Origin: Batkoa obscura
Lineage: Eukaryota
DNA: 43,378 nucleotides
Reading direction: 5' to 3'
Assembly: GCA_030770535.1 (NCBI GenBank)
Contig: JASVEC010000139.1
Span: forward strand, 1 to 43,378
Each line of letters opens with the position of its first letter. Positions within the stretch are counted from its first letter, which is position 1. A model generated the notes under the pieces. It worked only from the letters and a program-made list of their open reading frames with translations, did no database searches and was not told the DNA's origin. This document shows, piece after piece, positions 24,984-35,443 of the stretch. A program made the translations under genes and the position numbers.

Positions 24984-26063
24984 TTAAAAGACTATAGTAT
25001 TAAATTTTAGTGATTTAACTTCAAACATATTAAAAACACACTTTTGAATTGGTTGATGAATTAATAGAATAAAACATGAAGAGGTGAGCCCTAAACACAG
25101 TATTAAACAATTAGAATAAACAGCAATATGTATTTCAAATTTTACTTTTGTTGAAATTAATAAATTTATTATCAGATCTGGTATTAAACAGAACATGTAA
25201 CTTATCATTATTAAGCTAATTTTTAACATTAATTTTACTTTTTTTGACTTTAATTGGTTAGCTGTCAATGGCTGAGATTTGGTTGACTTTTGCTTATAAA
25301 TAGTTTTTCGGCTTTGTTGAGTTGTCATTAGCCTGTTAGATTCAGTACTGCTTATAAAATTATGTCGAGTGTTATTGCTATTGTTTTTAGCAGACTGATA
25401 GCTACTAAAGCACAAATTTGAGCCCGTAGCATTCGTATTAGGACTAAAGGAAGGATCCATTATTTTAAGGTAAGCAAGGGTAATATTTGAATAGCAAAAA
25501 CAATTGGTCAGTAAGCAGAGCAAAATCCTCAATGAGTAAATGAAATAATAAAATATACAATAAGGTACATTATTCTTTTCGATATCAATGGTTGGTAAAT
25601 AATAGAAATTGAATTCATACCATGAATACGAACCATAATAGCTATGTAGACTTGATAGTATAATTGATGTTACAGCAGATAATGCTATGAATATATAGCA
25701 GTACATTGGTGAGATTTCCTTAAATAAACAAACTTTACTGTATCTAATAATGCTTAATAAGGTAACTAATTCAATGGAAGTAGAAATGATACTAGCTACT
25801 AGGCTAAAATTCAGGGCAGGATACCAAATTGGGTTAGATAGCTGTAACTTGTTGTCAAATGATATTATACTATACTCAGTTAAGATTATATGTAATATGG
25901 CGATTAAATAGAAAATAATATCAACAAAGGTAATTGTTGATATTATTAACAAATCTGGGTTGTTTTTTAGACTTAGCCTATATAAGATTACACTTAGTAT
26001 CATTAAGTTTATCAGTAACGAAACTGTCGAGATTATCAAATAGATTATGTTTTCAGTGATCAT
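24984..26063 (-). CDS. Class A-like 7TM GPCR (locus J), lacking both disulfide cysteines
   Basis: 359-aa intact ORF with WYP in place of WYC and FYYLP in place of FYCLP; other motifs retained (IIRY, CFCY, CLIPD, GLTSSCFILLIHQP). Confidence 0.85.
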   Translation of the reverse strand: MITENIIYLIISTVSLLINLMILSVILYRLSLKNNPDLLIISTITFVDIIFYLIAILHIILTEYSIISFDNKLQLSNPIWYPALNFSLVASIISTSIELVTLLSIIRYSKVCLFKEISPMYCYIFIALSAVTSIILSSLHSYYGSYSWYEFNFYYLPTIDIEKNNVPYCIFYYFIYSLRILLCLLTNCFCYSNITLAYLKIMDPSFSPNTNATGSNLCFSSYQSAKNNSNNTRHNFISSTESNRLMTTQQSRKTIYKQKSTKSQPLTANQLKSKKVKLMLKISLIMISYMFCLIPDLIINLLISTKVKFEIHIAVYSNCLILCLGLTSSCFILLIHQPIQKCVFNMFEVKSLKFNTIVF

Positions 26064-27084
26064 TGTTATTTTGAACTTAAAAACGAGCTTTATTTCATTT
26101 TTTATATTATTTATTAATGTTTTAAAAATTATGCTATTTGAACTTATTATTCAAAAGTACCCTTTTAAATTAATTCAGATTGTAAAAAATTATTATGGCT
26201 TTATATTCTTAAGAGAAAATGACTTCTTGTGCGCTATTAATGCATGAAATTAAGGTAAATTATTAACGCAAACAACAACAAATGCCAAAAAGGATAACAC
26301 TTTTTAAATTTTACTATTTATTGTTAGTCAGTTATGATCTAGACAAACCCACTTTCTTTTCAACTTTTGAAGAATGAAAGGACTAGTTTACATGAGCCAA
26401 TTTTCAAGTAATGTTTAAAAAGGATTGCTATCTTATATTTAAAAGTTGAACGAAAAAGGAAAACCTCATAAACAAATTTGGCTTAAATTTGGTTTATTTT
26501 TGTTGAATTGTTTATAAAACATTAACCCATTCAAGACCCAAGGTTTCCCTTAAAATAAGGACTTATTAGTACCATGAAGATACTGATTAATATTTGTATT
26601 TAAGTCAAGATTTTCGAAATACTAATAATCTAGATGACACCAGCAATATATTAAAACAGAATGGTATGGTTTTGATGAGAAGCGGTATCACTATTGATGT
26701 GTTTTAAAGATCATTACTTTAGGTGAGCTATTATTTACATTATTAATTAGTAAGTGGAGATACATTCGATACTTTTTAAGTAAACCATTTCAAGGCCTAA
26801 AACTCTTTTGAGGTTTTTAAAAAAGCAACGAGATGAAAAGAATGGAAGACAAATAATAGAGTAATAAAAAATGAAGTAATAAGTTAGAGGTTTGTGACTT
26901 TAAGTAACTGAATAAATTTAAAGGAGATGTGATCTAAAAACAGTGATTTACAATATTAAACTGATATTATAATATTATAGCAAAGAGTAATAGTAAAAAA
27001 AGCTAGTGCTATTAAGGCGATTTAGTTATCTTTGACAAAAAAGCCTACATTAAAAGTCTTAATGCAATAATCAAGTAAAACAAT

Positions 27085-27586
27085 ACGAAATAAGCCTTGT
27101 TATCTTTGTTGATATCAATATTTGGTAAACGATAAAAGCCTAAATTACACCAAAAATATGAGTCATAATAACAGTGTAAACCAGATAGTATTAATCACAA
27201 TATAACTAATAAAGCCCCAAACAAACAATCATGCGTTGATACCATTTTTTTATAAACAAATTTTATTGTATCTTATGACACTGAATAAAATAGCTAGTTT
27301 AACAAAAGTAACGATAGTTATCACTAACTAACATTTGAATGACAATATCAGGCTGGATTATATACTTGTAACTCTTTATTAGCTATAAATACCTTATAGT
27401 TAGCTAGCATTATATATAATATGACAATAAAATACAAAATGATACCATTGATGAGTACCATCAATATTATTGTTAATTCTAAATTGTTTTTATGGTTAGT
27501 TTACAAAAAATTATATTTAACAATAACAAGTTTATTAGTAGCGATATTGTTGAGCTCGTTAAATAAGTTATGTGATCTACATTCAT
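27085..27586 (-). pseudogene. Class A-like 7TM receptor fragment, 5' half only (locus K)
   Basis: MNVDHITYLTSSTISLLINL..., *YC, LFSVIRYNKICL, FYRLP; frameshifted, with TM5-TM7 missing. Confidence 0.8.
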
Positions 27587-27991
27587 TATTTCTTAGATTT
27601 AATTGAAAATAGACTTTTATTTATTTTTTTTGTTTGGCGATATTAATACACCATTATTAAACATGGATTATCATATATATTGAATAAAAATCCTCCTTAT
27701 TTCAGTAGTTTAAACCCAAGGGCTCGACTTTTTTCTGGTTTATTTGTTGCAAAGTTAAAAAGCAGGTATAAACGATACAAAAATGGTAGCTATTTTTTAT
27801 AAAGAAATTATTAAGTCTTATGGTTCCAATTTTTCAATATCAAATCTCTATCCCAGATAGATAAAACATAGCAAAATAGCATTTACTGGGTTATAAAAAC
27901 CTTTTTTAACTCGAAAAAATTAAAACTCTATCTCATTATCTGCCTAACCTCTTTCAAAAAAACATTTTAATTTAATAAAATATAATTATAT

Positions 27992-28089
27992 GAGAATCTA
28001 TCTTTGTGTTTAAGGATTTTGCCAACAATTTTTCCGCTCAAATAACGCTTAAAAAATGGAAAAAGTAATGAAACCAAAAAAACATCCCC
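27992..28089 (-). mobile_element. MITE copy 10
   Basis: GAGAATCTATCTTTG...AACATCCCC; perfect TSD ATAT. Confidence 0.9.
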
Positions 28090-28492
28090 ATATGTTAGAA
28101 TTCAGTTACATAAACTAATTTTCTAAAACTAGTTTACATGTTAAAAATAAACAATTTTTTTTAAAGATAAATTAAACTTAAAATATACAATAATAGAAAA
28201 TGGATCTCATTTTGCCTTTCTGATTCTTTCAAAGATATGCAATCGTTGGGAATAATCCTTACTTTATTATACTATTCCTTACAATAGCCCAATTCCTCAA
28301 GCTTACTGACTTGAGTTTCTAAATTTTTATTTTGGCTGATAAAACACTTGATACTTCAGCATTAGCATTGGCATTTAATGGATTTTTAATAATAAAGTAG
28401 CTTTATAAGTATGGATGCATTTTGAATAGGTTTATATAATTTCCATCATCACCACAAACCATATTGAGTGGTAATTGAATTGAACACCAGAT

Positions 28493-29137
28493 GGGGATGT
28501 CGGAACTGGTTTCAGAATTCAGTTAAAAATTAACTCCTTTTAAGTTTTCAAATTTGTAAGTCCTTACTGTATGATTAGTTGAATTTAAAAGCTTAAAACT
28601 AAATAAAAAAATTAACTCAAAAACTTATCTTAATTGGTTTTCTTTAACATAATTAATTTTTTTAATTATGCATTTTGTATTGTTTTTATCAAATGTTTAA
28701 TAGATGCATAATATATAAACGTATAATTATTTAACTTTGTTTTATATTAAAATGAAACAAAATGAAAGTTTCTATAAACTTCAAAATGGAACTTTTAAAA
28801 ATTTTGATATAATAGGGAGAACCACACTATATAAATGTTGTAATTTATTTATATCAATTTCAACAATTGTTCATAATAACACAGAGTTTATAGAATTTTA
28901 TAATAAAATAAAATAAAATAAAGAAAAGACATATTATTAAAGTTTAATATTGATAATGATAAACTTAATCAAGTAGGGATGTATTTTTGTGTTTAAAAAT
29001 CTTACTAATAACTTTTCCACTCAAATAGTGCTTAAAAGATAGAAAAAGTGATGAAACCAAAAAAACATCCCCAAGTGATCTATAAAATTAGTCCTTTAAG
29101 GGAAACGGGAAGTAAAAATCAATAAGTAGCATTACTG
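28493..29137 (+). mobile_element. Diverged Sola2-like relic: left end plus 5' transposase fragment
   Basis: GGGGATGTCGGAACTGGTTTCAGAATT aligns with the left end at 29902 (GGGGCTGTCCTAATTGGTTTCAGAATC). ~28750-29137 aligns with the 5' ~270 nt of the 30212 ORF, apart from the MITE insertion. Confidence 0.8.
28975..29072 (-). mobile_element. MITE copy 11, nested in the transposase relic
   Basis: Perfect TSD AAGT; the intact transposase has a single AAGT at the homologous site (30420-30423). Confidence 0.92.
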
Positions 29138-29601
29138 TGTGAAATATAGTACTCAGTGTTTGGAGTCAAGAACAGCTATTGCTGGGTTGGCTACACTATA
29201 AGTCGAAAGGTCTTAGTTTATGTGACTAAGATAGACCTGGATTATGAGGAGTACCACGTAATAGGTTACAAGCTATATAAGACAAATAGAATAGATAATA
29301 CTAATGTAAAATCTACATAAAATACTATTAAGAAAACTCAGTGGCTTTATTAAATGTTCGAGATATCAGGGAATAATTCAGTTAAAAAACCTCGAACTAC
29401 TATACTCTGTAAACTCTTTTATACTCTGAAAAGTGTAAATATCAGAATGAGAAGATGCTATTCTTTGAGACGAAGATAGAAATTCTCATAGCAAATCAAA
29501 CTAAGAGCGTGGGATTGATTTTCTCTGAACTCGAGAACACAACAGCTTAAACAGTTGTTATGCTACAATCAATTATGGAGCTGACAAAGCGATATTTCAC
29601 A
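29138..29601. mobile_element. Solo LTR (464 bp) of an LTR retrotransposon
   Basis: Perfect 10-bp terminal inverted repeat TGTGAAATAT...ATATTTCACA; higher GC than the flanks; GCTATATAAG TATA-like box at ~29272; no matching TSD (TACTG/GTATG). Confidence 0.65.
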
Positions 29602-29901
29602 GTATGATTAATTCAAAGTTTTCTATTTTAATTTATTGTAAAAATATTCGCCACTTGATTATAAAAAACTCTATTTTTTTATTTTAATGTCCATATTTAG
29701 TAATTATAATAAAAAAATAATTACTATCATGTTTTGTATATATAACTACTCACTTAAAATATTTACAAAAAAAATTAATACAACAATTTAAAGTTTTTTT
29801 GCTAAATTATTTTTTGATAATATATTTTATATAAATTTTATATAAATTTTATAATAACACTTTTTATTTTATTTGTTCACATAGTTTATTGCTTATTATA
29901 T

Positions 29902-32365
29902 GGGGCTGTCCTAATTGGTTTCAGAATCTACTTAGAAATTAATCCAAATTTAAAATTCCAAGTTTGTGTTCAATATAACGGTTAAATCTAAAAAGCCTAA
30001 AATTAAATGTCTCTATTTAAAACTTATTTTAATTGTTTCCTTTTCTTAAATAGCTAATTTTCCTAACTATATATTTTATGTTAGTTCTGTTAGATATTTA
30101 ACAGATATATAATATATAACTATATGATTATATAATTATATAAATACATAATTATATAAACACAGTTATTTGACTTTATTTGACTTTATTTTTTGTTGAA
30201 ATAAAAATAAAATGCAAACTTTCATAACTAAACTTCGAAATGGAATTTTTGAAAACTTCAATACAATAGGGAGGAGTACACAATATAAACATTGTAATTC
30301 ATTTACATCAATTTTAAGAGCTACTTATAACAACCCAAGGTTCATGGAATTTTATAATAAAACAAAACAAAGAAAAGATATATTATCAAAGTTTACTATC
30401 GATAATAATAAACTTAATCAAGTAATGTATAAAATTAGTGCTTTAAGGGAAACAGGAAACAAAAGTCAGCAAGTAGCGTTATTATCAACTATAGCTTCAG
30501 TATATTCTTTTGATGAATGTAAGAGTTTTGGGTTTAATATAAATAGAAATCAATATGATTATTCAAAAACAAGTAATAATAATAAAATATCAACATTAAA
30601 ACCTATTATTAAAAATACAAAAAAAATTAAAGATGACCAAATTGAAACTATCATACAATATTTACTAAATGATTCAACTATTTCATCAAGATTTAATAAA
30701 AAAAATAACGATAGTAAATATTCATCAGATAATATATATATATTAAATAAAAGTAGAAGAATGATATATAGTAAATATTTGAATGATCTAAGAGATAAAG
30801 CAGTAGCCAGGTCAACGTTCTTTAAATATATACTAACTAATTTCAAAAATCCAGCAAGAAAAACGGATCTATGTAATATATGTACCCAGTATACAGTTAG
30901 AAAAAAGTTATTTGAAAATAAAATAAATACAGCAAAAAACAAAACAGAGATAGAAGAAATTTTCAACGAAGAAGAAAAATTATACAAATTACATAAATTC
31001 TGTGTTGATACTCAAAAAAACACATTTAATGAAACTATCAAAAAATTAAATAACAAAAGTTGTATAATAGTTTTAGATTTTAAACAAAATATGGAAATAG
31101 GGACAAGACCAGATTCAATAAATTTAGATCATTATAATAAACAAGCTATATCAGTATTAGGCTTTGGTGTATTATATTTAAAAGATGATAAAACAATAGG
31201 CAAAGTTTACTTTGATTATTTATCTGAAATATTGAATCATGATTCAGCATATGCAGGAGATTGTTTAATTGATTTAATCTCTACAGAGCTTCTATTTAAA
31301 AAGTTTACAAAAATTAATATATGGGCAGATACAGGAAATCATTTTAGATCCCAAGAGTTCTTACATTATATGTTTAAAGAAATTCATAAAATAAATAGTA
31401 GTTTGAATGTTAATCTTAATTTTTTTGCTGAGCATCATGGAAAAAGTATAGTTGATGGACATTTTGGAAACCTTTCAAAATGGAAAAGTAGTTTTGAAGC
31501 GTTAGGTAAAATAGAAGATATCGATCAATTAATTTCAAGATTTGAGGCTTTTATTTGTGAGCATAATAAAATTAATAACTCGACTGTTAATAATGGGAAA
31601 ACAGATATAATTTTTAAAAAGTATAAAAGAAACAAAAATACAAAAAGAATAATAGAGATGCAGGGCATTAAGAAGTATTTACATTTTATTAAACATAACA
31701 ATAAACTACATTGTTATCCAGTATCTGATACATCAAAAAAAAGCGATATAGTCCCAATTAAAGTTATAGAGTCTATAGAAAACAGAAAAATTAAAAGATC
31801 GATCCCAGCTTACCTTACGAAGATAACAGAGAATTTAAAAATTTCGATATTTACTAAGCAAGTAAGTAGTTTGTTGAATGATAGAAATAGATTGTTAAAT
31901 GTTAGGATTACTTAAGTTATTAATAGCTAAGTTAATAAATAGTCAAAGAACAAGTAACTGTAATAATATGTAAAAACTATTATTACTTGTACTATATAGG
32001 GATGGTCAATTATAGTTTTGGGGCTGACCACTCCCTCCCATGCAGCTATTTATTAACTTGGCAATATATTAATAATGTAATTATAACATTAAAGTAGTTT
32101 ATTTATTTGATAATAAATCTACGATGTTGGTTATAAAGCAGTTGATAATAAATATTTCTCAATTAAGCTTTATAAGAACATGTATTTAAGATCTAGTAGA
32201 AATTCAACTAACTTACAGTATGAGCTATAATATAATGGTTTAGAACTGTGTTTGGGTACTTTTGTTTTAATAAAAGATGTGATTTTATAGAATTTTAAGC
32301 GAAGTTTTTAAAATACAAATTTTTTTAAAATTGGATAAAATAATGAAACTAATTCAGACAACCCC
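29902..32365 (+). mobile_element. Sola2-like DNA transposon, apparently intact autonomous copy
   Basis: Imperfect TIRs GGGGCTGTCCTAATTGGTTTCA / TGAAACTAATTCAGACAACCCC; 4-bp TSD ATAT (29898-29901 / 32366-32369); single transposase ORF. Confidence 0.9.
30212..31915 (+). CDS. DDD transposase, Sola2-like (567 aa)
   Basis: Motifs DLCNIC..H, VLDFKQN, LNHD, IWADTGNHFRS and NFFAEHHGKSIVDGHFG match the Sola2 pattern (DFxEN / HD / SDG / FFxxxHGKxxxDG). The superfamily call rests on motif recall plus GRG termini and a 4-bp TSD. Confidence 0.85.
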   Translation: MQTFITKLRNGIFENFNTIGRSTQYKHCNSFTSILRATYNNPRFMEFYNKTKQRKDILSKFTIDNNKLNQVMYKISALRETGNKSQQVALLSTIASVYSFDECKSFGFNINRNQYDYSKTSNNNKISTLKPIIKNTKKIKDDQIETIIQYLLNDSTISSRFNKKNNDSKYSSDNIYILNKSRRMIYSKYLNDLRDKAVARSTFFKYILTNFKNPARKTDLCNICTQYTVRKKLFENKINTAKNKTEIEEIFNEEEKLYKLHKFCVDTQKNTFNETIKKLNNKSCIIVLDFKQNMEIGTRPDSINLDHYNKQAISVLGFGVLYLKDDKTIGKVYFDYLSEILNHDSAYAGDCLIDLISTELLFKKFTKINIWADTGNHFRSQEFLHYMFKEIHKINSSLNVNLNFFAEHHGKSIVDGHFGNLSKWKSSFEALGKIEDIDQLISRFEAFICEHNKINNSTVNNGKTDIIFKKYKRNKNTKRIIEMQGIKKYLHFIKHNNKLHCYPVSDTSKKSDIVPIKVIESIENRKIKRSIPAYLTKITENLKISIFTKQVSSLLNDRNRLLNVRIT

Positions 32366-33057
32366 ATATACTATTTTTATTAATTTAAATCTATCTTAAT
32401 TATACAAAATAAAACTTTTTGATTTGTAGCTAGTTGATTGAACAAAAACTACTTTTAACTCCAATTATTAAACACCAACTTTTATAATATTAAATTTAAA
32501 AAAACAAAAAAAGGTATAAATATTTAAAAAAAATTATAAATATAGTATTGTTACCTATACTAAAAAGAAAAATAAAGTTGGTATTTTATTTTAATATTAG
32601 ATTTTAATAATTGAATACCAAAGTTGTTTAGTTTGGTTTTTATAAAAGCTGAAAGAAACAAAATTCAAGAGTTTTTATACATAAGTAATCACTATGCTTA
32701 TGAAAAAAATGATACCATCATGTCTCTGCCTAAAAGGATAACGTTTGTTAAAGCTTATATTATTCTATTTAAACTAATGATAAAAAACTATATAGAAGAA
32801 GCTCCCAAAATAGTACAAAGTCTAAGATCAAACCTTCCATACGTGCAAGGCAAAACTTTCAGTGCTTTACTGATGCTTATTTTTATACTGCTATTGCTAT
32901 ATCAGCTTTAATATTTAAATTTATGTCTGATATTTCTTAAGCTATTGAGGAGTTGAATTTAATTGGTTCTATTTTAAAGATAAAGAATTTTGGCATTAAT
33001 TCCATAAATCACATAATTTGTAAAGAACTCTCTTCTAAATCAATGTCACTTTAAAAA

Positions 33058-34400
33058 ATGAGTATAAATCAAAACATCCTCATTACTGCATTAATAAGTT
33101 CCATTGCCACTGGTTGTTTAATTTTAGGAGTCCAAAGTCTAATTAATAAAAAATCGAATGCATCAACCAATTTCAAGCAACTAAAGCAGGATTTTAAAAA
33201 ACAAAATGATGAGGAGCTCATCAAAGAACAATTATCCCGAAATACCGCCTTTTTCGGAGAAGCTAGTATAAACAAATTAAAGAACAGCTTTGTCATAATC
33301 ATTGGTGTTGGTGGTGTAGGTTCTTGGGCATTCAATATGTTGTTAAGAGCGGGTGTAGGGAAGATTCGGATTATTGATTTTGATTTGATTACTTTATCCT
33401 CTTTAAACCGACATGCTACTGCTACTAGAAAACAAGTAGGTATTTCAAAAGTTCAAGCATTGAAGGACTTTGCAACTGAATTGATGCCTAATACTCAAAT
33501 AGAAATTATTAATAGAATGTTTGAGGGTAAAATTGCTTCGGAATTGTTATATGGTAGGTGGTTTTTTTAATAGTGAAAGAAGTGGTTTATTGGTGTAAAA
33601 TAATTTATTAGGAAAGCCAGATTTTGTGTTGGATTGTATTGATAATATTGATACCAAAGTAGAATTATTAAAATATTGTTACGAAAATGAAATAAAGGTA
33701 ATAGATTATACTGTAGTTTATATACTTTAATTGAGTTATAATTCTTTTTATAGGTTATATCCTCTATGGGAGCAGGTGCTAAAAGCGATCCAACTCGAAT
33801 TCATATTTCGGATATTTCTAATACTTTTGGTAATTATTTAATATATTAATGAATTATATAAATTAACGATTTTTACTTTATATTATATTTTTTATAATAG
33901 AGGATCCATTAGCTAGATCCGTTCGACGTAAATTAAAATTGAATGGTATACTAAAAGGAATAACCACTATTTATTCAAGTGAAAAACCAGGCCAAGTCAA
34001 ATTATTACCTTTAGGTAAATTAATAATTATTATTATAATAGTGATGATAACGATAATAATATAATTAGATGAAGAAAAAGTAACAAAAGCGGATGAATAT
34101 GCAATCTTACCACAATTTCGATCTCGTATATTACCTGTATTAGGTAAGTTAATAAAACCCACTATTATTTTGTTTTATCTAATAGAATACTGATTTAATA
34201 TATAACTTAGGTACATTACCAGCTATGTTTGGTATGACCATGGCCAGTTATATTTTATGTCAATTAGCTGATTATCCAATGGAGCCATTATCAATTAAAT
34301 CTCGAACTGGATTATATAATAATTTATTAAGAGATTTACAAGTCAGAGAAAAAAAGATATATTTTAATGAGTAAGTATTTATTTATTTATTTATTTATTT

Positions 34401-34445
<45 letters not shown>

Positions 34446-34735
34446 ATAGAGAACCATTAGGCTTAAATAAAGAAGAAATTGGGTTTTTATTAGAAGAAAT
34501 TTATAATGGGAAGTGTGCCTTAACAGAAAACAATGATAAATTAGCTATTGTTAGATTAGATAAAGACCTTCCATCGAAATTAAACAATTTAATTATTTTG
34601 GAGCGTAAACAAGCTCTGAAATATGATTTATTAGAAGGGAATAATGAAGAGTTCTTTGGAAATAGACTAAAATTTATTAAAGATCGATTGAAATTATGTG
34701 GAGAGATATTAAAGCTTAAGGTCCAAGAGTTCTAA
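33058..34735 (+). CDS. tRNA threonylcarbamoyladenosine dehydratase (TCD1/TCD2/TcdA-like, ThiF/E1 fold); exons 33058-33553, 33612-33697, 33754-33829, 33901-34014, 34069-34143, 34211-34370, 34450-34735
   Basis: N-terminal TM anchor; EQLSRN..FFG, GVGGVGSW, DFD..TLSSLNRH, DCIDN, SSMGAGAKSDPT, EDPLARSVRRKL, YSSEKP, FRSRILPVLGTLPAMFG. Six GT-AG introns restore the frame. Confidence 0.9.
34376..34444. repeat. (TATT)n microsatellite filling intron 6 of the TCD gene
   Basis: Near-perfect TATT/ATTT array between GTAAGT (34371) and TAG (34449). Confidence 0.95.
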
Positions 34736-35098
34736 CAAGATAAGATTGAGTTCTAGAAATAATAAAGTGAGTTATAGATAGTATATTTGTATATTAATGT
34801 TATAATTTTTAGTTAATTTTAAAAACAATAAGAGCATATGATTAATCCATTAAACTAACTTAACTTCTAAAAACAGTCCATAGAAATCTAGTAAGTTTTT
34901 ATAAAAGATTATTGATAAATTTATAATATACAAATTCAATAATTTAAATTTTTAATTACAACAAAAGAAGTAATTTATTCAATTAACATTATTGCTGACA
35001 ATTTATTTTATTTGGGATAATATCTTAATAACTTAAGTTTACTTGCTTTATACTTAGTTTGTCAACTAAAATATACAAGCTTTTATGATCTAAGATAT

Positions 35099-35194
35099 GG
35101 CGATGTTTTTTTTATTTCGCTACTTTTCCATTTTTAAGCGCTATCTAAGTAGAAAAAGTGATAGTAAAATTCTTAAACACAAAAACACATCCCC
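35099..35194 (+). mobile_element. MITE copy 12
   Basis: GGCGATGTTTTT...ACACATCCCC; perfect TSD ATAT. Confidence 0.9.
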
Positions 35195-35345
35195 ATATTA
35201 ATATTCATTTTAATTCTGTTAACTAATCATTACTTAGTAAATTAAAAAAAGCGATATTATTAATACTGATAGTTAAAAACGGGTATTTGAAAATAAAAGT
35301 GAAAAACAATATAAGACACAATCCATTTATTGAATTTAATATCAT

Positions 35346-35443
35346 AGGGATGTATTTTTTTGTTTAAAAATTTTATTAATAATCTTTCCACTCAAATAGT
35401 ACTTAAAAAATATAAAAATAATGAAATCAGAAAAAATATCCCC
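35346..35443 (-). mobile_element. MITE copy 13
   Basis: AGGGATGTATTTT...AATATCCCC; flanks TCAT/ATGT do not match. Confidence 0.85.

Noticed and set aside
332..30987. Short ORFs 332-514, 2491-2793, 7858-8127, 9884-10102, 17554-17766, 26047-26247, 27421-27606, 30559-30987
   Set aside because: They are antisense or alternate-frame shadows of receptor or transposase sequence and have no independent motifs.
1112..32365. Inverted transposon copies as an inversion boundary or composite transposon carrying the array
   Set aside because: Each copy has its own flanks consistent with a TSD (ATGT/ATAT and ATAT/ATAT), receptor orientation is the same on both sides of copy 1, and spacer homology continues across it. 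These look like independent insertions.
32624..32911. 95-aa ORF upstream of the TCD gene
   Set aside because: TTG start, no recognisable motif and no paralog in the window, so it cannot be supported without a search.
34367..34449. YLFI-repeat N-terminus of ORF 34367-34735
   Set aside because: It is the translated intronic microsatellite. Only 34450-34735 is coding, as the last TCD exon.
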